Positions 22,283 to 35,700 of a DNA stretch of 64,000 nucleotides are shown piece by piece. Position 1 is the first letter of the stretch; each line of letters opens with the position of its first letter. This DNA comes from Squalus acanthias (taxonomy: Eukaryota). A model generated the notes under the pieces. It was given only the letters and a program-made list of their open reading frames with translations, was not told the origin of the DNA and made no database searches. The DNA is taken from positions 2,356,001-2,420,000 of the forward strand of contig JASTWF010000034.1 of the NCBI GenBank assembly GCA_030390025.1. Reading direction: 5' to 3'. A program made the position numbers and the translations under genes.

Positions 22283-25200
22283 GTGCTGTACCTGCCCTGG
22301 GGGTATTTGGTGGGATTGGGTAGCGGGAGCTTTACTCGTGCTGTACTTGCCTTGGAAGAATTTGATGGCACAGTGCCGAAGGAGATTTACCCTATTCCTA
22401 ACAGGTGCTGCACCTGCTGTGGAAATGTTTGATGAGGCAGTGTAGAAGTAGCTTTAACCTGTATCTAACCCATGCTGTACCTGCTCTTGGAGTATTTGAT
22501 GGGGCATGGTAGAAGTAGATTTAACCTGTATCTAACCCATGCTGTACCTGCTCTTGGAGTATTTGATGGGGCAGAGAGCTTTAATCTTTATATAACCCGT
22601 GCTGTTATTGCCCTGGGAATGTTTGATGGGACAGTGCAGAGAGCTTTAATCTTTATGTAACCAGTGCTGTTATTGCCCTGGGAATGTTTGATTGGGACAG
22701 TGCAGAGAGCTTTAATCTTTATATAACCCGTTCTGTTATTGCCCGGGGAATGTTTGATGGGAAAGTGCAGAGAGCTTTAATCTTTATATAAACCGTGCTG
22801 TTATTGCCCGGGGAATGTTTGATGGGACAGTGCAGAGCGCTTTAATCTTTATATAACCCGTGCTGTTATTGCCTTGGGAATGTTTGATGGGACAGTGCAG
22901 AGAGCTTTAATCTTGACATAACCCGTGCTGTTATTGCCCGGGAATGTTTGATGGGACAGTGCAGAGAGCTTTAATCTTTATATAACCCGTGCTGTTATTG
23001 CCCTGGGAATGTTTGATGGGACTGTGCAGACAGCTTTAATCTTATTACAGCCCGTGCTGTTATTGCCCTGGGAATGTTAGATGGGACAGTGCAGTGAGCT
23101 TTAATCTTTATATAACCCGTGCTGTTATTGCCCGGGGAATGTTTGATGGGAAAGTGCAGAGAGCTTTAATCTTTATATAACCCGTGCTGTTATTGCCCTG
23201 GGAATGTTTGATTGGACAGTGCAGAGAGCTTTAATCTTTATATAACCCGTGCTGTTATTGCCCTGGGAATGTTTGAAGGGACAGTGCAGAGAGCTTTAAT
23301 CTTTATATAACCCGAGCTGTTATTGCCCTGGGAATGTTTGATGGGACAGTGCAGAGAGCTTTAATCTTTATATAACCCGTGCTGTTATTGCCCGGGGAAT
23401 GTTTGATGAGACAGTGCAGAGAGCTTTAATCTTTATATAACCCGTGCTGTTACTGCCCTGGGAATGTTTGATGGGACAGTGCAGAGAGCTTTAATCTTTC
23501 TATAAGCCGTGCTGTTATTGCCCGGAGAATGTTTGATGGGACAGTGCAGAGAGCTTTAATCTTTATATAACCCGTGCTGTTATTGCCCTGGGAATGTTTG
23601 ATGGGACAGTGCAGAGAGCTTTAATCTTTATATAACCCGTGCTGTTATTGCCCTGGGAATGTTTGATGCATCTCCGCATAATGTTTGATGGGACAGTGCA
23701 GAGAGCTTTAATCTTTATATAACCCGTGCTGTTATTGCCCTGGGAATGTTTGATTGGGACAGTGCAGAGAGCTTTAATCTTTATATAACCCGTGCTGTTA
23801 TTGCCCGGGGAATGTTTGATGGGACAGTGCAGAGAGCTTTAATCTTTATATAACCCGTGCTGTTATTGCCCTGGGAATGTTTGATGGGACAGTGCAGAGA
23901 GCTTTAATCTTTATATAACCCGTGCTGTTATTGCCCTGGGAATGTTTGATGGGACAGTGCAGAGAGCTTTAATCTTTATATAACCCGTGCTGTTATTGCC
24001 CTGGGAATGTTTGATGGGACAGTGCAGAGAGCTTTAATCTTTATATAACCCGTGCTGTTATTGCCCTGGGAATGTTTGATGGGACAGTGCAGAGAGCTTT
24101 AATCTTTATATAACCCGTGCTGTTATTGCCCTGGGAATGTTTGATGGGACAGTGCAGAGAGCTTTAATCTTTATATAACCCGTGCTGTTATTGCCCTGGG
24201 AATGTTTGATGGGACAGTGCAGAGAGCTTTAATCTTTATATAACCCGTGCTGTTATTGCCCTGGGAATGTTTGATGGGACAGTGCAGAGAGCTTTAATCT
24301 TTATATAACCCGTGCTGTTATTGCCCTGGGAATGTTTGATGGGACAGTGCAGAGAGCTTTAATCTTTATATAACCCGTGCTGTTATTGCCCTGGGAATGT
24401 TTGATGGGACAGTGCAGAGAGCTTTAATCTTTATATAACCCGTGCTGTTATTGCCCTGGGAATGTTTGATGGGACAGTGCAGAGAGCTTTAATCTTTATA
24501 TAACCCGTGCTGTTATTGCCCTGGGAATGTTTGATGGGACAGTGCAGAGAGCTTTAATCTTTATATAACCCGTGCTGTTATTGCCCTGGGAATGTTTGAT
24601 GGGACAGTGCAGAGAGCTTTAATCTTTATATAACCCGTGCTGTTATTGCCCTGGGAATGTTTGATGGGACAGTGCAGAGAGCTTTAATCTTTATATAACC
24701 CGTGCTGTTATTGCCCTGGGAATGTTTGATGGGACAGTGCAGAGAGCTTTAATCTTTATATAACCCGTGCTGTTATTGCCCTGGGAATGTTTGATGGGAC
24801 AGTGCAGAGAGCTTTAATCTTTATATAACCCGTGCTGTTATTGCCCTGGGAATGTTTGATGGGACAGTGCAGAGAGCTTTAATCTTTATATAACCCGTGC
24901 TGTTATTGCCCTGGGAATGTTTGATGGGACAGTGCAGAGAGCTTTAATCTTTATATAACCCGTGCTGTTATTGCCCTGGGAATGTTTGATGGGACAGTGC
25001 AGAGAGCTTTAATCTTTATATAACCCGTGCTGTTATTGCCCTGGGAATGTTTGATGGGACAGTGCAGAGAGCTTTAATCTTTATATAACCCGTGCTGTTA
25101 TTGCCCTGGGAATGTTTGATGGGACAGTGCAGAGAGCTTTAATCTTTATATAACCCGTGCTGTTATTGCCCTGGGAATGTTTGATGGGACAGTGCAGAGA

Positions 25201-28200
25201 GCTTTAATCTTTATATAACCCGTGCTGTTATTGCCCTGGGAATGTTTGATGGGACAGTGCAGAGAGCTTTAATCTTTATATAACCCGTGCTGTTATTGCC
25301 CTGGGAATGTTTGATGGGACAGTGCAGAGAGCTTTAATCTTTATATAACCCGTGCTGTTATTGCCCTGGGAATGTTTGATGGGACAGTGCAGAGAGCTTT
25401 AATCTTTATATAACCCGTGCTGTTATTGCCCTGGGAATGTTTGATGGGACAGTGCAGAGAGCTTTAATCTTTATATAACCCGTGCTGTTATTGCCCTGGG
25501 AATGTTTGATGGGACAGTGCAGAGAGCTTTAATCTTTATATAACCCGTGCTGTTATTGCCCTGGGAGCATTTGATGGGACAGTGCAGAGAGCTTTAATCT
25601 TTATATAACCCGTGCTGTTATTGCCCTGGGAATGTTTGATGGGACAGTGCAGAGAGCTTTAATCTTTATATAACCCGTGCTGTTATTGCCCGGGAATGTT
25701 TGATGGGACAGTGCAGAGAGCTTTAATCTTTATATAACCCGTGCTGTTATTGCCCTGGGAATGTTTGATGGGACAGTGCAGAGAGCTTTAATCTTAAATA
25801 ACCCGTGCTGTTATTGCCCTGGGAATGTTTGATGGGACAGTGCAGAGAGCTTTAATCTTTATATAACCCGTGCTGTTATTGCCCTGGGAATGTTTGATGG
25901 GACAGTGCAGAGAGCTTTAATCTTTATATAACCCGTGCTGTTATTGCCCTGGGAATGTTTGATGGGACAGTGCAGAGAGCTTTAATCTTTATATAACCCG
26001 TGCTGTTATTGCCCTGGGAATGTTTGATGGGACAGTGCAGAGAGCTTTAATCTTTATATAACCCGTGCTGTTATTGCCCTGGGAATGTTTGATGGGACAG
26101 TGCAGAGAGCTTTAATCTTTATATAACCCGTGCTGTTATTGCCCTGGGAATGTTTGATGGGACAGTGCAGAGAGCTTTAATCTTTATATAACCCGTGCTG
26201 TTATTGCCCTGGGAATGTTTGATGGGACAGTGCAGAGAGCTTTAATCTTTATATAACCCGTGCTGTTATTGCCCTGGGAATGTTTGATGGGACAGTGCAG
26301 AGAGCTTTAATCTTTATATAACCCGTGCTGTTATTGCCCTGGGAATGTTTGATGGGACAGTGCAGAGAGCTTTAATCTTTATATAACCCGTGCTGTTATT
26401 GCCCGGGAATGTTTGATGGGACAGTGCAGAGAGCTTTAATCTTTATATAACCCGTGCTGTTATTGCCCTGGGAATGTTTGATGGGACAGTGCAGAGAGCT
26501 TTAATCTTTATATAACCCGTGCTGTTATTGCCCGGGAATGTTTGATGGGACAGTGCAGAGAGCTTTAATCTTTATATAACCCGTGCTGTTATTGCCCGGG
26601 GAATGTTTGATGGGACAGTGCAGAGAGCTTTAATCTTTATATAACCCGTGCTGTTATTGCCCTGGGAATGTTTGATGGGACAGTGCAGAGAGCTTTAATC
26701 TTTATATAACCCGTGCTGTTATTGCCCGGGAATGTTTGATGGGACAGTGCAGAGAGCTTTAATCTTTATATAACCCGTGCTGTTATTGCCCTGGGAATGT
26801 TTGATGGGACAGTGCAGAGAGCTTTAATCTTTATATAACCCGTGCTGTTATTGCCCTGGGAATGTTTGATGGGACAGTGCAGAGAGCTTTAATCTTTATA
26901 TAACCCGTGCTGTTATTGCCCTGGGAATGTTTGATGGGACAGTGCAGAGAGCTTTAATCTTTATATAACCCGTGCTGTTATTGCCCGGGGAATGTTTGAT
27001 GGGACAGTGCAGAGAGCTTTAATCTTTATATAACCCGTGCTGTTATTGCCCGGGGAATGTTTGATGGGACAGTGCAGAGAGCTTTAATCTTTATATAACC
27101 CGTGCTGTTATTGCCCGGGGAATGTTTGATGGGACAGTGCAGAGAGCTTTAATCTTTATATAACCCGTGCTGTTATTGCCCTGGGAATGTTTGATGGGAC
27201 AGTGCAGAGAGCTTTAATCTTTATATAACCCGTGCTGTTATTGCCCGGGGAATGTTTGATGGGACAGTGCAGAGAGCTTTAATCTTTATATAACCCGTGT
27301 TGTTATTGCCCGGGGAATGTTTGATGGGACAGTGCAGAGAGCTTTAATCTTTATATAACCCGTGCTGTTATTGCCCTGGGAATGTTTGATGGGACAGTGC
27401 AGAGATCTTTAATCTTTATATAACCCGTGCTGTTACTGCCCTGGGAATGTTTGATGGGACAGTGCAGAGAGCTTTAATCTTTATATAACCCGTGCTGTTA
27501 CTGCCCTGGGAATGTTTGATGCATCTCCGCATAATGTTTGATGGGACAGTGCAGAGAGCTTTAATCTTTATATAACCCGTGCTGTTATTGCCCTGGGAAT
27601 GTTTGATGGGACAGTGCAGAGAGCTTTAATCTTTATATAACCCGTGCTGTTACTGCCCTGGGAATGTTTGATGCATCTCCGCATAATGTTTGATGGGACA
27701 GTGCAGAGAGCTTTAATCTTTATATAACCCGTGCTGTTATTGCCCTGGGAATGTTTGATGGGACAGTGCAGAGAGCTTTAATCTTTATATAACCCGTGCT
27801 GTTATTGCCCGGGGAATGTTTGATGGGACAGTGCAGAGAGCTTTAATCTTTATATAACCCGTGCTGTTATTGCCCTGGGAATGTTTGATGGGACAGTGCA
27901 GAGAGCTTTAATCTTTATATAACCCGTGCTGTTATTGCCCGGGGAATGTTTGATGGGACAGTGCAGAGAGCTTTAATCTTTATATAACCCGTGCTGTTAT
28001 TGCCCTGGGAATGTTTGATGGGACAGTGCAGAGAGCTTTAATCTTTATATAACCCGTGCTGTTATTGCCCTGGGAATGTTTGATGGGACAGTGCAGAGAG
28101 CTTTAATCTTTATATAACCCGTGCTGTTATTGCCCGGGGAATGTTTGATGGGACAGTGCAGAGAGCTTTAATCTTTATATAACCCGTGCTGTTATTGCCC

Positions 28201-31200
28201 TGGGAATGTTTGATGGGACAGTGCAGAGAGCTTTAATCTTTATATAACCCGTGCTGTTATTGCCCTGGGAATGTTTGATGGGACAGTGCAGAGAGCTTTA
28301 ATCTTTATATAACCCGTGCTGTTATTGCCCTGGGAATGTTTGATTGGGACAGTGCAGAGAGCTTTAATCTTTATATAACCCGTGCTGTTATTGCCCTGGG
28401 AATGTTTGATGGGACAGTGCAGAGAGCTTTAATCTTTATATAACCCGTGCTGTTATTGCCCTGGGAATGTTTGATGGGACAGTGCAGAGAGCTTTAATCT
28501 TTATATAACCCGTGCTGTTATTGCCCTGGGAATGTTTGATGGGACAGTGCAGAGAGCTTTAATCTTTATATAACCCGTGCTGTTATTGCCCGGGGAATGT
28601 TTGATGGGACAGTGCAGAGAGCTTTAATCTTTATATAACCCGTGCTGTTATTGCCCTGGGAATGTTTGATGGGACAGTGCAGAGAGCTTTAATCTTTATA
28701 TAACCCGTGCTGTTATTGCCCTGGGAATGTTTGATTGGGACAGTGCAGAGAGCTTTAATCTTTATATAACCCGTGCTGTTATTGCCCTGGGAATGTTTGA
28801 TGGGACAGTGCAGAGAGCTTTAATCTTTATATAACCCGTGCTGTTATTGACCGTGAATGTTTGATGGGACAGTGCAGAGAGCTTTAATCTTTATATAACC
28901 CGTGCTGTTATTGCCCTGGGAATGTTTGATGGGACAGTGCAGAGAGCTTTAATCTTTATATAACCCGTGCTGTTATTGCCCTGGGAATGTTTGATGGGAC
29001 AGTGCAGAGAGCTTTAATCTTTATATAACCCGTGCTGTTATTGCCCTGGGAATGTTTGATGGGACAGTGCAGAGAGCTTTAATCTTTATATAACCCGTGC
29101 TGTTATTGCCCTGGGAATGTTTGATGGGACAGTGCAGAGAGCTTTAATCTTTATATAACCCGTGCTGTTATTGCCCTGGGAATGTTTGATGGGACAGTGC
29201 AGAGAGCTTTAATCTTTATATAACCCGTGCTGTTATTGCCCTGGGAATGTTTGATGGGACAGTGCAGAGAGCTTTAATCTTTATATAACCCGTGCTGTTA
29301 TTGCCCTGGGAATGTTTGATGGGACAGTGCAGAGAGCTTTAATCTTTATATAACCCGTGCTGTTATTGCCCGGGGAATGTTTGATGGGACAGTGCAGAGA
29401 GCTTTAATCTTTATATAACCCGTGCTGTTATTGCCCTGGGAATGTTTGATGGGACAGTGCAGAGAGCTTTAATCTTTATATAACCCGTGCTGTTATTGCC
29501 CGGGGAATGTTTGATGGGACAGTGCAGAGAGCTTTAATCTTTATATAACCCGTGCTGTTATTGCCCTGGGAATGTTTGATGGGACAGTGCAGAGAGCTTT
29601 AATCTTTATATAACCCGTGCTGTTATTGCCCGGGGAATGTTTGATGGGACAGTGCAGAGAGCTTTAATCTTTATATAACCCGTGCTGTTATTGCCCTGGG
29701 AATGTTTGATGGGACAGTGCAGAGAGCTTTAATCTTTATATAACCCGTGCTGTTATTGCCCGGGGAATGTTTGATGGGACAGTGCAGAGAGCTTTAATCT
29801 TTATATAACCCGTGCTGTTATTGCCCGGGGAATGTTTGATGAGACAGTGCAGAGAGCTTTAATCTTTATATAACCCGTGCTGTTAGTGCCCTGGGAATGT
29901 TTGATGGGACAGTGCAGAGAGCTTTAATCTTTCTATAAGCCGTGCTGTTATTGCCCGGAGAATGTTTGATGGGACAGTGCAGAGAGCTTTAATCTTTATA
30001 TAACCCGTGCTGTTATTGCCCTGGGAATGTTTGATGGGACAGTGCAGAGAGCTTTAATCTTTATATAACCCGTGCTGTTATTGCCCTGGGAATGTTTGAT
30101 GCATCTCCGCATAATGTTTGATGGGACAGTGCAGAGAGCTTTAATCTTTATATAACCCGTGCTGTTATTGCCCTGGGAATGTTTGATGGGACAGTGCAGA
30201 GAGCTTTAATCTTTATATAACCCGTGCTGTTATTGCCCTGGGAATGTTTGATGGGACAGTGCAGAGAGCTTTAATCTTTATATAACCCGTGCTGTTATTG
30301 CCCTGGGAATGTTTGATGGGACAGTGCAGAGAGCTTTAATCTTTATATAACCCGTGCTGTTATTGCCCTGGGAATGTTTGATGGGACAGTGCAGAGAGCT
30401 TTAATCTTTATATAACCCGTGCTGTTATTGCCCTGGGAATGTTTGATGGGACAGTGCAGAGAGCTTTAATCTTGATATAACCCGTGCTGTTATTGCCCTG
30501 GGAGCATTTGATTGGGACAGTGCAGAGAGCTTTAATCTTTATATAACCCGTGCTGTTATTGCCCTGGGAATGTTTGATGGGACAGTGCAGAGAGCTTTAA
30601 TCTTTATATAACCCGTGCTGTTATTGCCCTGGGAATGTTTGATGGGACAGTGCAGAGAGCTTTAATCTTTATATAACCCGTACTGTTATTGCCCTGGGAA
30701 TGTTTGATGGGACAGTGCAGAGAGCTTTAATCTTTATATAACCCGTGCTGTTATTGCACTGGGAGCATTTGATTCGGACAGTGCAGAGAGCTTTAATCTT
30801 TATATAACCCGTGCTGTTATTGCCCTGGAAATGTTTGATGGGACAGTGCAAAGAACTTTATTCTTTATATAACCCGTGCTGTTATTGCCCTGGGAGCATT
30901 TGATTGGGACAGTGCAGAGAGCTTTCATCTTTATATAACCCGTGCTGTTATTGCCCTGGGAATGTTAGATGGGACAGTGCAGAGAGCTTTAATCTTTACA
31001 TAACCCGTAATGTTATTGCCCGGGGAATGTTTGATGGGACAGTGCAGAGAGCTTTAATCTTTATATAACCCGTGCTGTTATTGCCCTGGGAATGTTTGAT
31101 GGGACAGTGCAAAGAGCTTTAATCTTTATATAACCCGTGCTGTTATTGCCCGGGCAATGTTTGATGGCACAGTCCAGACGGAGCTTTACTTTTTATCCCG

Positions 31201-32536
31201 GATGTTTGGGTATTGGGCCAACCGCCCGCTCCAGCTCACTGTGCGGCCTGTGAATTTAAGTGCGGGGAATCTGACAGATCGCCACGCGGCCAAGAACCAT
31301 ACAGGAAACATTGCTCAGCAGGTCAGGCAGCATCTGTGGAGAGAGAAACAGAGTCAATGTTTCAGGTCGATGACCTTTCATCAGAACTGTTAAATGTTAC
31401 AGATCTAACAGATTTTAAACTTGTATAGAGGCAGGGAAAGGGGGGATGGGAGGAAAGAACAAAAGGGAAGGTCTGTGCTGTACCTGCCCTGGGGGTATTT
31501 GGTGGGATTGGGTAGCGGGAGCTTTACTCGTGCTGTACTTGCCTTGGGAGAATTTGATGGCACAGTGCCGAAGGAGATTTACCCTATTCCTGACAGGTGC
31601 TGCACCTGCTGTGGAAATGTTTGATGAGGCAGTGTAGAAGTAGCTTTAACCTGTATCTAACCCATGCTGTACCTGCTCTTGGAGTATTTGATGGGGCATG
31701 GTAGAAGTAGATTTAAACTGTATCTAACCCATGCTGTACCTGCTCTTGGAGTATTTGATGGGGCAGAGAGCTTTAATCTTTATATAACCCGTGCTGTTAT
31801 TGCCCTGGGAATGTTTGATGGGACAGTGCAGAGAGCTTTAATCTTTATGTAACCAGTGCTGTTATTGCCCTGGGAATGTTTGATTGGGACAGTGCAGAGA
31901 GCTTTAATCTTTATATAACCCGTTCTGTTATTGCCCGGGGAATGTTTGATGGGACAGTGCAGAGAGCTTTAATCTTTATATAAACCGTGCTGTTATTGCC
32001 CGGGGAATGTTTGATGGGACTGTGCAGACAGCTTTAATCTTATTACAGCCCGTGCTGTTATTGCCCTGGGAATGTTTGATGGGACAGTGCAGAGAGCTTT
32101 AATCTTTATATAACCCGTGCTGTTATGGCCCGGGGAATGTTTGATGGGAAAGTGCAGAGAGCTTTAATCTTTATATAACCCGTGCGGTTATTGCCCTGGG
32201 GATGTTTGATTGGAGAGTGCAGAGAGCTTTAATCTTTATATAACCCGTGCTGTTATTGCCCTGGGAATGTTTGATGGGACAGTGCAGAGAGCTTTAATCT
32301 TTATATAACCCGTGCTGTTATTGCCCGGGGAATGTTTGATGGGACAGTGCAGAGAGCTTTAATCTTTATATAACCCGTGCTGTTATTGCCCTGGGAATGT
32401 TTGATGGGACAGTGCAGAGAGCTTTAATCTTTATATAACCCGTGCTGTTATTGCCCGGGAATGTTTGATGGGACAGTGCAGAGAGCTTTAATCTTTATAT
32501 AACCCGTGCTGTTATTGCCCTGGGAATGTTTGATGG

Positions 32537-32703
32537 ACAAACTTGAGAGGTCGCACAACACCAGGTTATAGTCCAACAGTTTTATTTGAAATCACAATCT
32601 TTCGGAGCTATCGCTCCTTCCTCAGGTGAAGTAAATTGGATACAGAATCGCCAGAGCATATATAGATGGAAAACAAAGCATGTGTACTTTACAATTGCAG
32701 ACC
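32537..32703 (-). mobile_element. Short Penelope-like insertion with minimal hammerhead motif
   Basis: Flanked by duplicated AATGTTTGATGG (32525-32536, 32704-32715); minus strand has CTGAGGA-AGGAGC-GATA-GCTCC-GAAA followed by AATAAA. Confidence 0.8.
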
Positions 32704-35700
32704 AATGTTTGATGGGACAGTGCAGAGAGCTTTAATCTTTATATAACCCGTGCTGTTATTGCCCTGGGAATGTTTGATGGGACAGTGCAGAGAGCTTTAA
32801 TCTTTATATAACCCGTGCTGTTATTGCCCTGGGAATGTTTGATGGGACAGTGCAGAGAGCTTTAATCTTTATATAACCCGTGCTGTTATTGCCCGGGGAA
32901 TGTTTGATGGGACAGTGCAGAGAGCTTTAATCTTTATATAACCCGTGCTGTTATTGCCCGGGGAATGTTTGATGGGACAGTGCAGAGAGCTTTAATCTTT
33001 ATATAACCCGTGCTGTTATTGCCCTGGGAATGTTTGATGGGACAGTGCAGAGAGCTTTAATCTTTATATAACCCGTGCTGTTATTGCCCTGGGAATGTTT
33101 GATGGGACAGTGCAGAGAGCTTTAATCTTTATATAACCCGTGCTGTTATTGCCCTGGGAATGTTTGATGGGACAGTGCAGAGAGCTTTAATCTTTATATA
33201 ACCCGTGCTGTTATTGCCCTGGGAATGTTTGATGGGACAGTGCAGAGAGCTTTAATCTTTATATAACCCGTGCTGTTATTGCCCTGGGAATGTTTGATGG
33301 GACAGTGCAGAGAGCTTTAATCTTTATATAACCCGTGCTGTTATTGCCCTGGGAATGTTTGATGGGACAGTGCAGAGAGCTTTAATCTTTATATAACCCG
33401 TGCTGTTATTGCCCTGGGAATGTTTGATGGGACAGTGCAGAGAGCTTTAATCTTTATATAACCCGTGCTGTTATTGCCCTGGGAGCATTTGATTGGGACA
33501 GTGCAGAGAGCTTTAATCTTTATATAACCCGTGCTGTTATTGCCCTGGGAATGTTTGATGGGACAGTGCAGAGAGCTTTAATCTTTATATAACCCGTGCT
33601 GTTATTGCCCTGGGAGCATTTGATGGGACAGTGCAGAGAGCTTTAATCTTTATATAACCCGTGCTGTTATTGCCCTGGGAATGTTTGATGGGACAGTGCA
33701 GAGAGCTTTAATCTTTATATAACCCGTGCTGTTATTGCCCTGGGAGATTTGATGGGACAGTGCAGAGAGCTTTAATCTTTATATAACCCGTGCTGTTATT
33801 GCCCTGGGAATGTTTGATGGGACAGTGCAGAGAGCTTTAATCTTTATATAACCCGTGCTGTTATTGCCCTGGGAATGTTTGATGGGACAGTGCAGAGAGC
33901 TTTAATCTTTATATAACCCGTGCTGTTATTGCCCGGGGAATGTTTGATGGGACAGTGCAGAGAGCTTTAATCTTTATATAACCCGTGCTGTTATTGCCCT
34001 GGGAATGTTTGATGGGACAGTGCAGAGAGCTTTAATCTTTATATAACCCGTGCTGTTATTGCCCGGGGAATGTTTGATGGGACAGTGCAGAGAGCTTTAA
34101 TCTTTATATAACCCGTGCTGTTATTGCCCGGGGAATGTTTGATGGGACAGTGCAGAGAGCTTTAATCTTTATATAACCCGTGCTGTTATTGCCCGGGGAA
34201 TGTTTGATGGGACAGTGCAGAGAGCTTTAATCTTTATATAACCCGTGCTGTTATTGCCCGGGAATGTTTGATGGGACAGTGCAGAGAGCTTTAATCTTTA
34301 TATAACCCGTGCTGTTATTGCCCTGGGAATGTTTGATGGGACAGTGCAGAGAGCTTTAATCTTTATATAACCCGTGCTGTTATTGCCCTGGGAATGTTTG
34401 ATGGGACAGTGCAGAGAGCTTTAATCTTTATATAACCCGTGCTGTTATTGCCCGGGGAATGTTTGATGGGACAGTGCAGAGAGCTTTAATCTTTATATAA
34501 CCCGTGCTGTTATTGCCCGGGGAATGTTTGATGGGACAGTGCAGAGAGCTTTAATCTTTATATAACCCGTGCTGTTATTGCCCTGGGAATGTTTGATGGG
34601 ACAGTGCAGAGAGCTTTAATCTTTATATAACCCGTGCTGTTATTGCCCTGGGAATGTTTGATGGGACAGTGCAGAGAGCTTTAATCTTTATATAACCCGT
34701 GCTGTTATTGCCCTGGGAATGTTTGATGGGACAGTGCAGAGAGCTTTAATCTTTATATAACCCGTGCTGTTATTGCCCTGGGAATGTTTGATGGGACAGT
34801 GCAGAGAGCTTTAATCTTTATATAACCCGTGCTGTTATTGCCCTGGGAATGTTTGATGGGACAGTGCAGAGAGCTTTAATCTTTATATAACCCGTGCTGT
34901 TATTGCCCTGGGAATGTTTGATGGGACAGTGCAGAGAGCTTTAATCTTTATATAACCCGTGCTGTTATTGCCCGGGGAATGTTTGATGGGACAGTGCAGA
35001 GAGCTTTAATCTTTATATAACCCGTGCTGTTATTGCCCGGGGAATGTTTGATGGGACAGTGCAGAGAGCTTTAATCTTTATATAACCCGTGCTGTTATTG
35101 CCCGGGGAATGTTTGATGGGACAGTGCAGAGAGCTTTAATCTTTATATAACCCGTGCTGTTATTGCCCTGGGAATGTTTGATGGGACAGTGCAGAGAGCT
35201 TTAATCTTTATATAACCCGTGCTGTTATTGCCCTGGGAATGTTTGATGGGACAGTGCAGAGAGCTTTAATCTTTATATAACCCGTGCTGTTATTGCCCTG
35301 GGAATGTTTGATGGGACAGTGCAGAGAGCTTTAATCTTTATATAACCCGTGCTGTTATTGCCCTGGGAATGTTTGATGGGACAGTGCAGAGAGCTTTAAT
35401 CTTTATATAACCCGTGCTGTTATTGCCCTGGGAATGTTTGATGGGACAGTGCAGAGAGCTTTAATCTTTATATAACCCGTGCTGTTATTGCCCTGGGAAT
35501 GTTTGATGGGACAGTGCAGAGAGCTTTAATCTTTATATAACCCGTGCTGTTATTGCCCGGGGAATGTTTGATGGGACAGTGCAGAGAGCTTTAATCTTTA
35601 TATAACCCGTGCTGTTATTGCCCGGGGAATGTTTGATGGGACAGTGCAGAGAGCTTTAATCTTTATATAACCCGTGCTGTTATTGCCCGGGGAATGTTTG

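Noticed and set aside
21965..22660. Identical ORFs repeated at 31157-31852 suggesting a conserved gene
   Set aside because: Identity is explained by recent duplication of satellite and retroelement-derived sequence.
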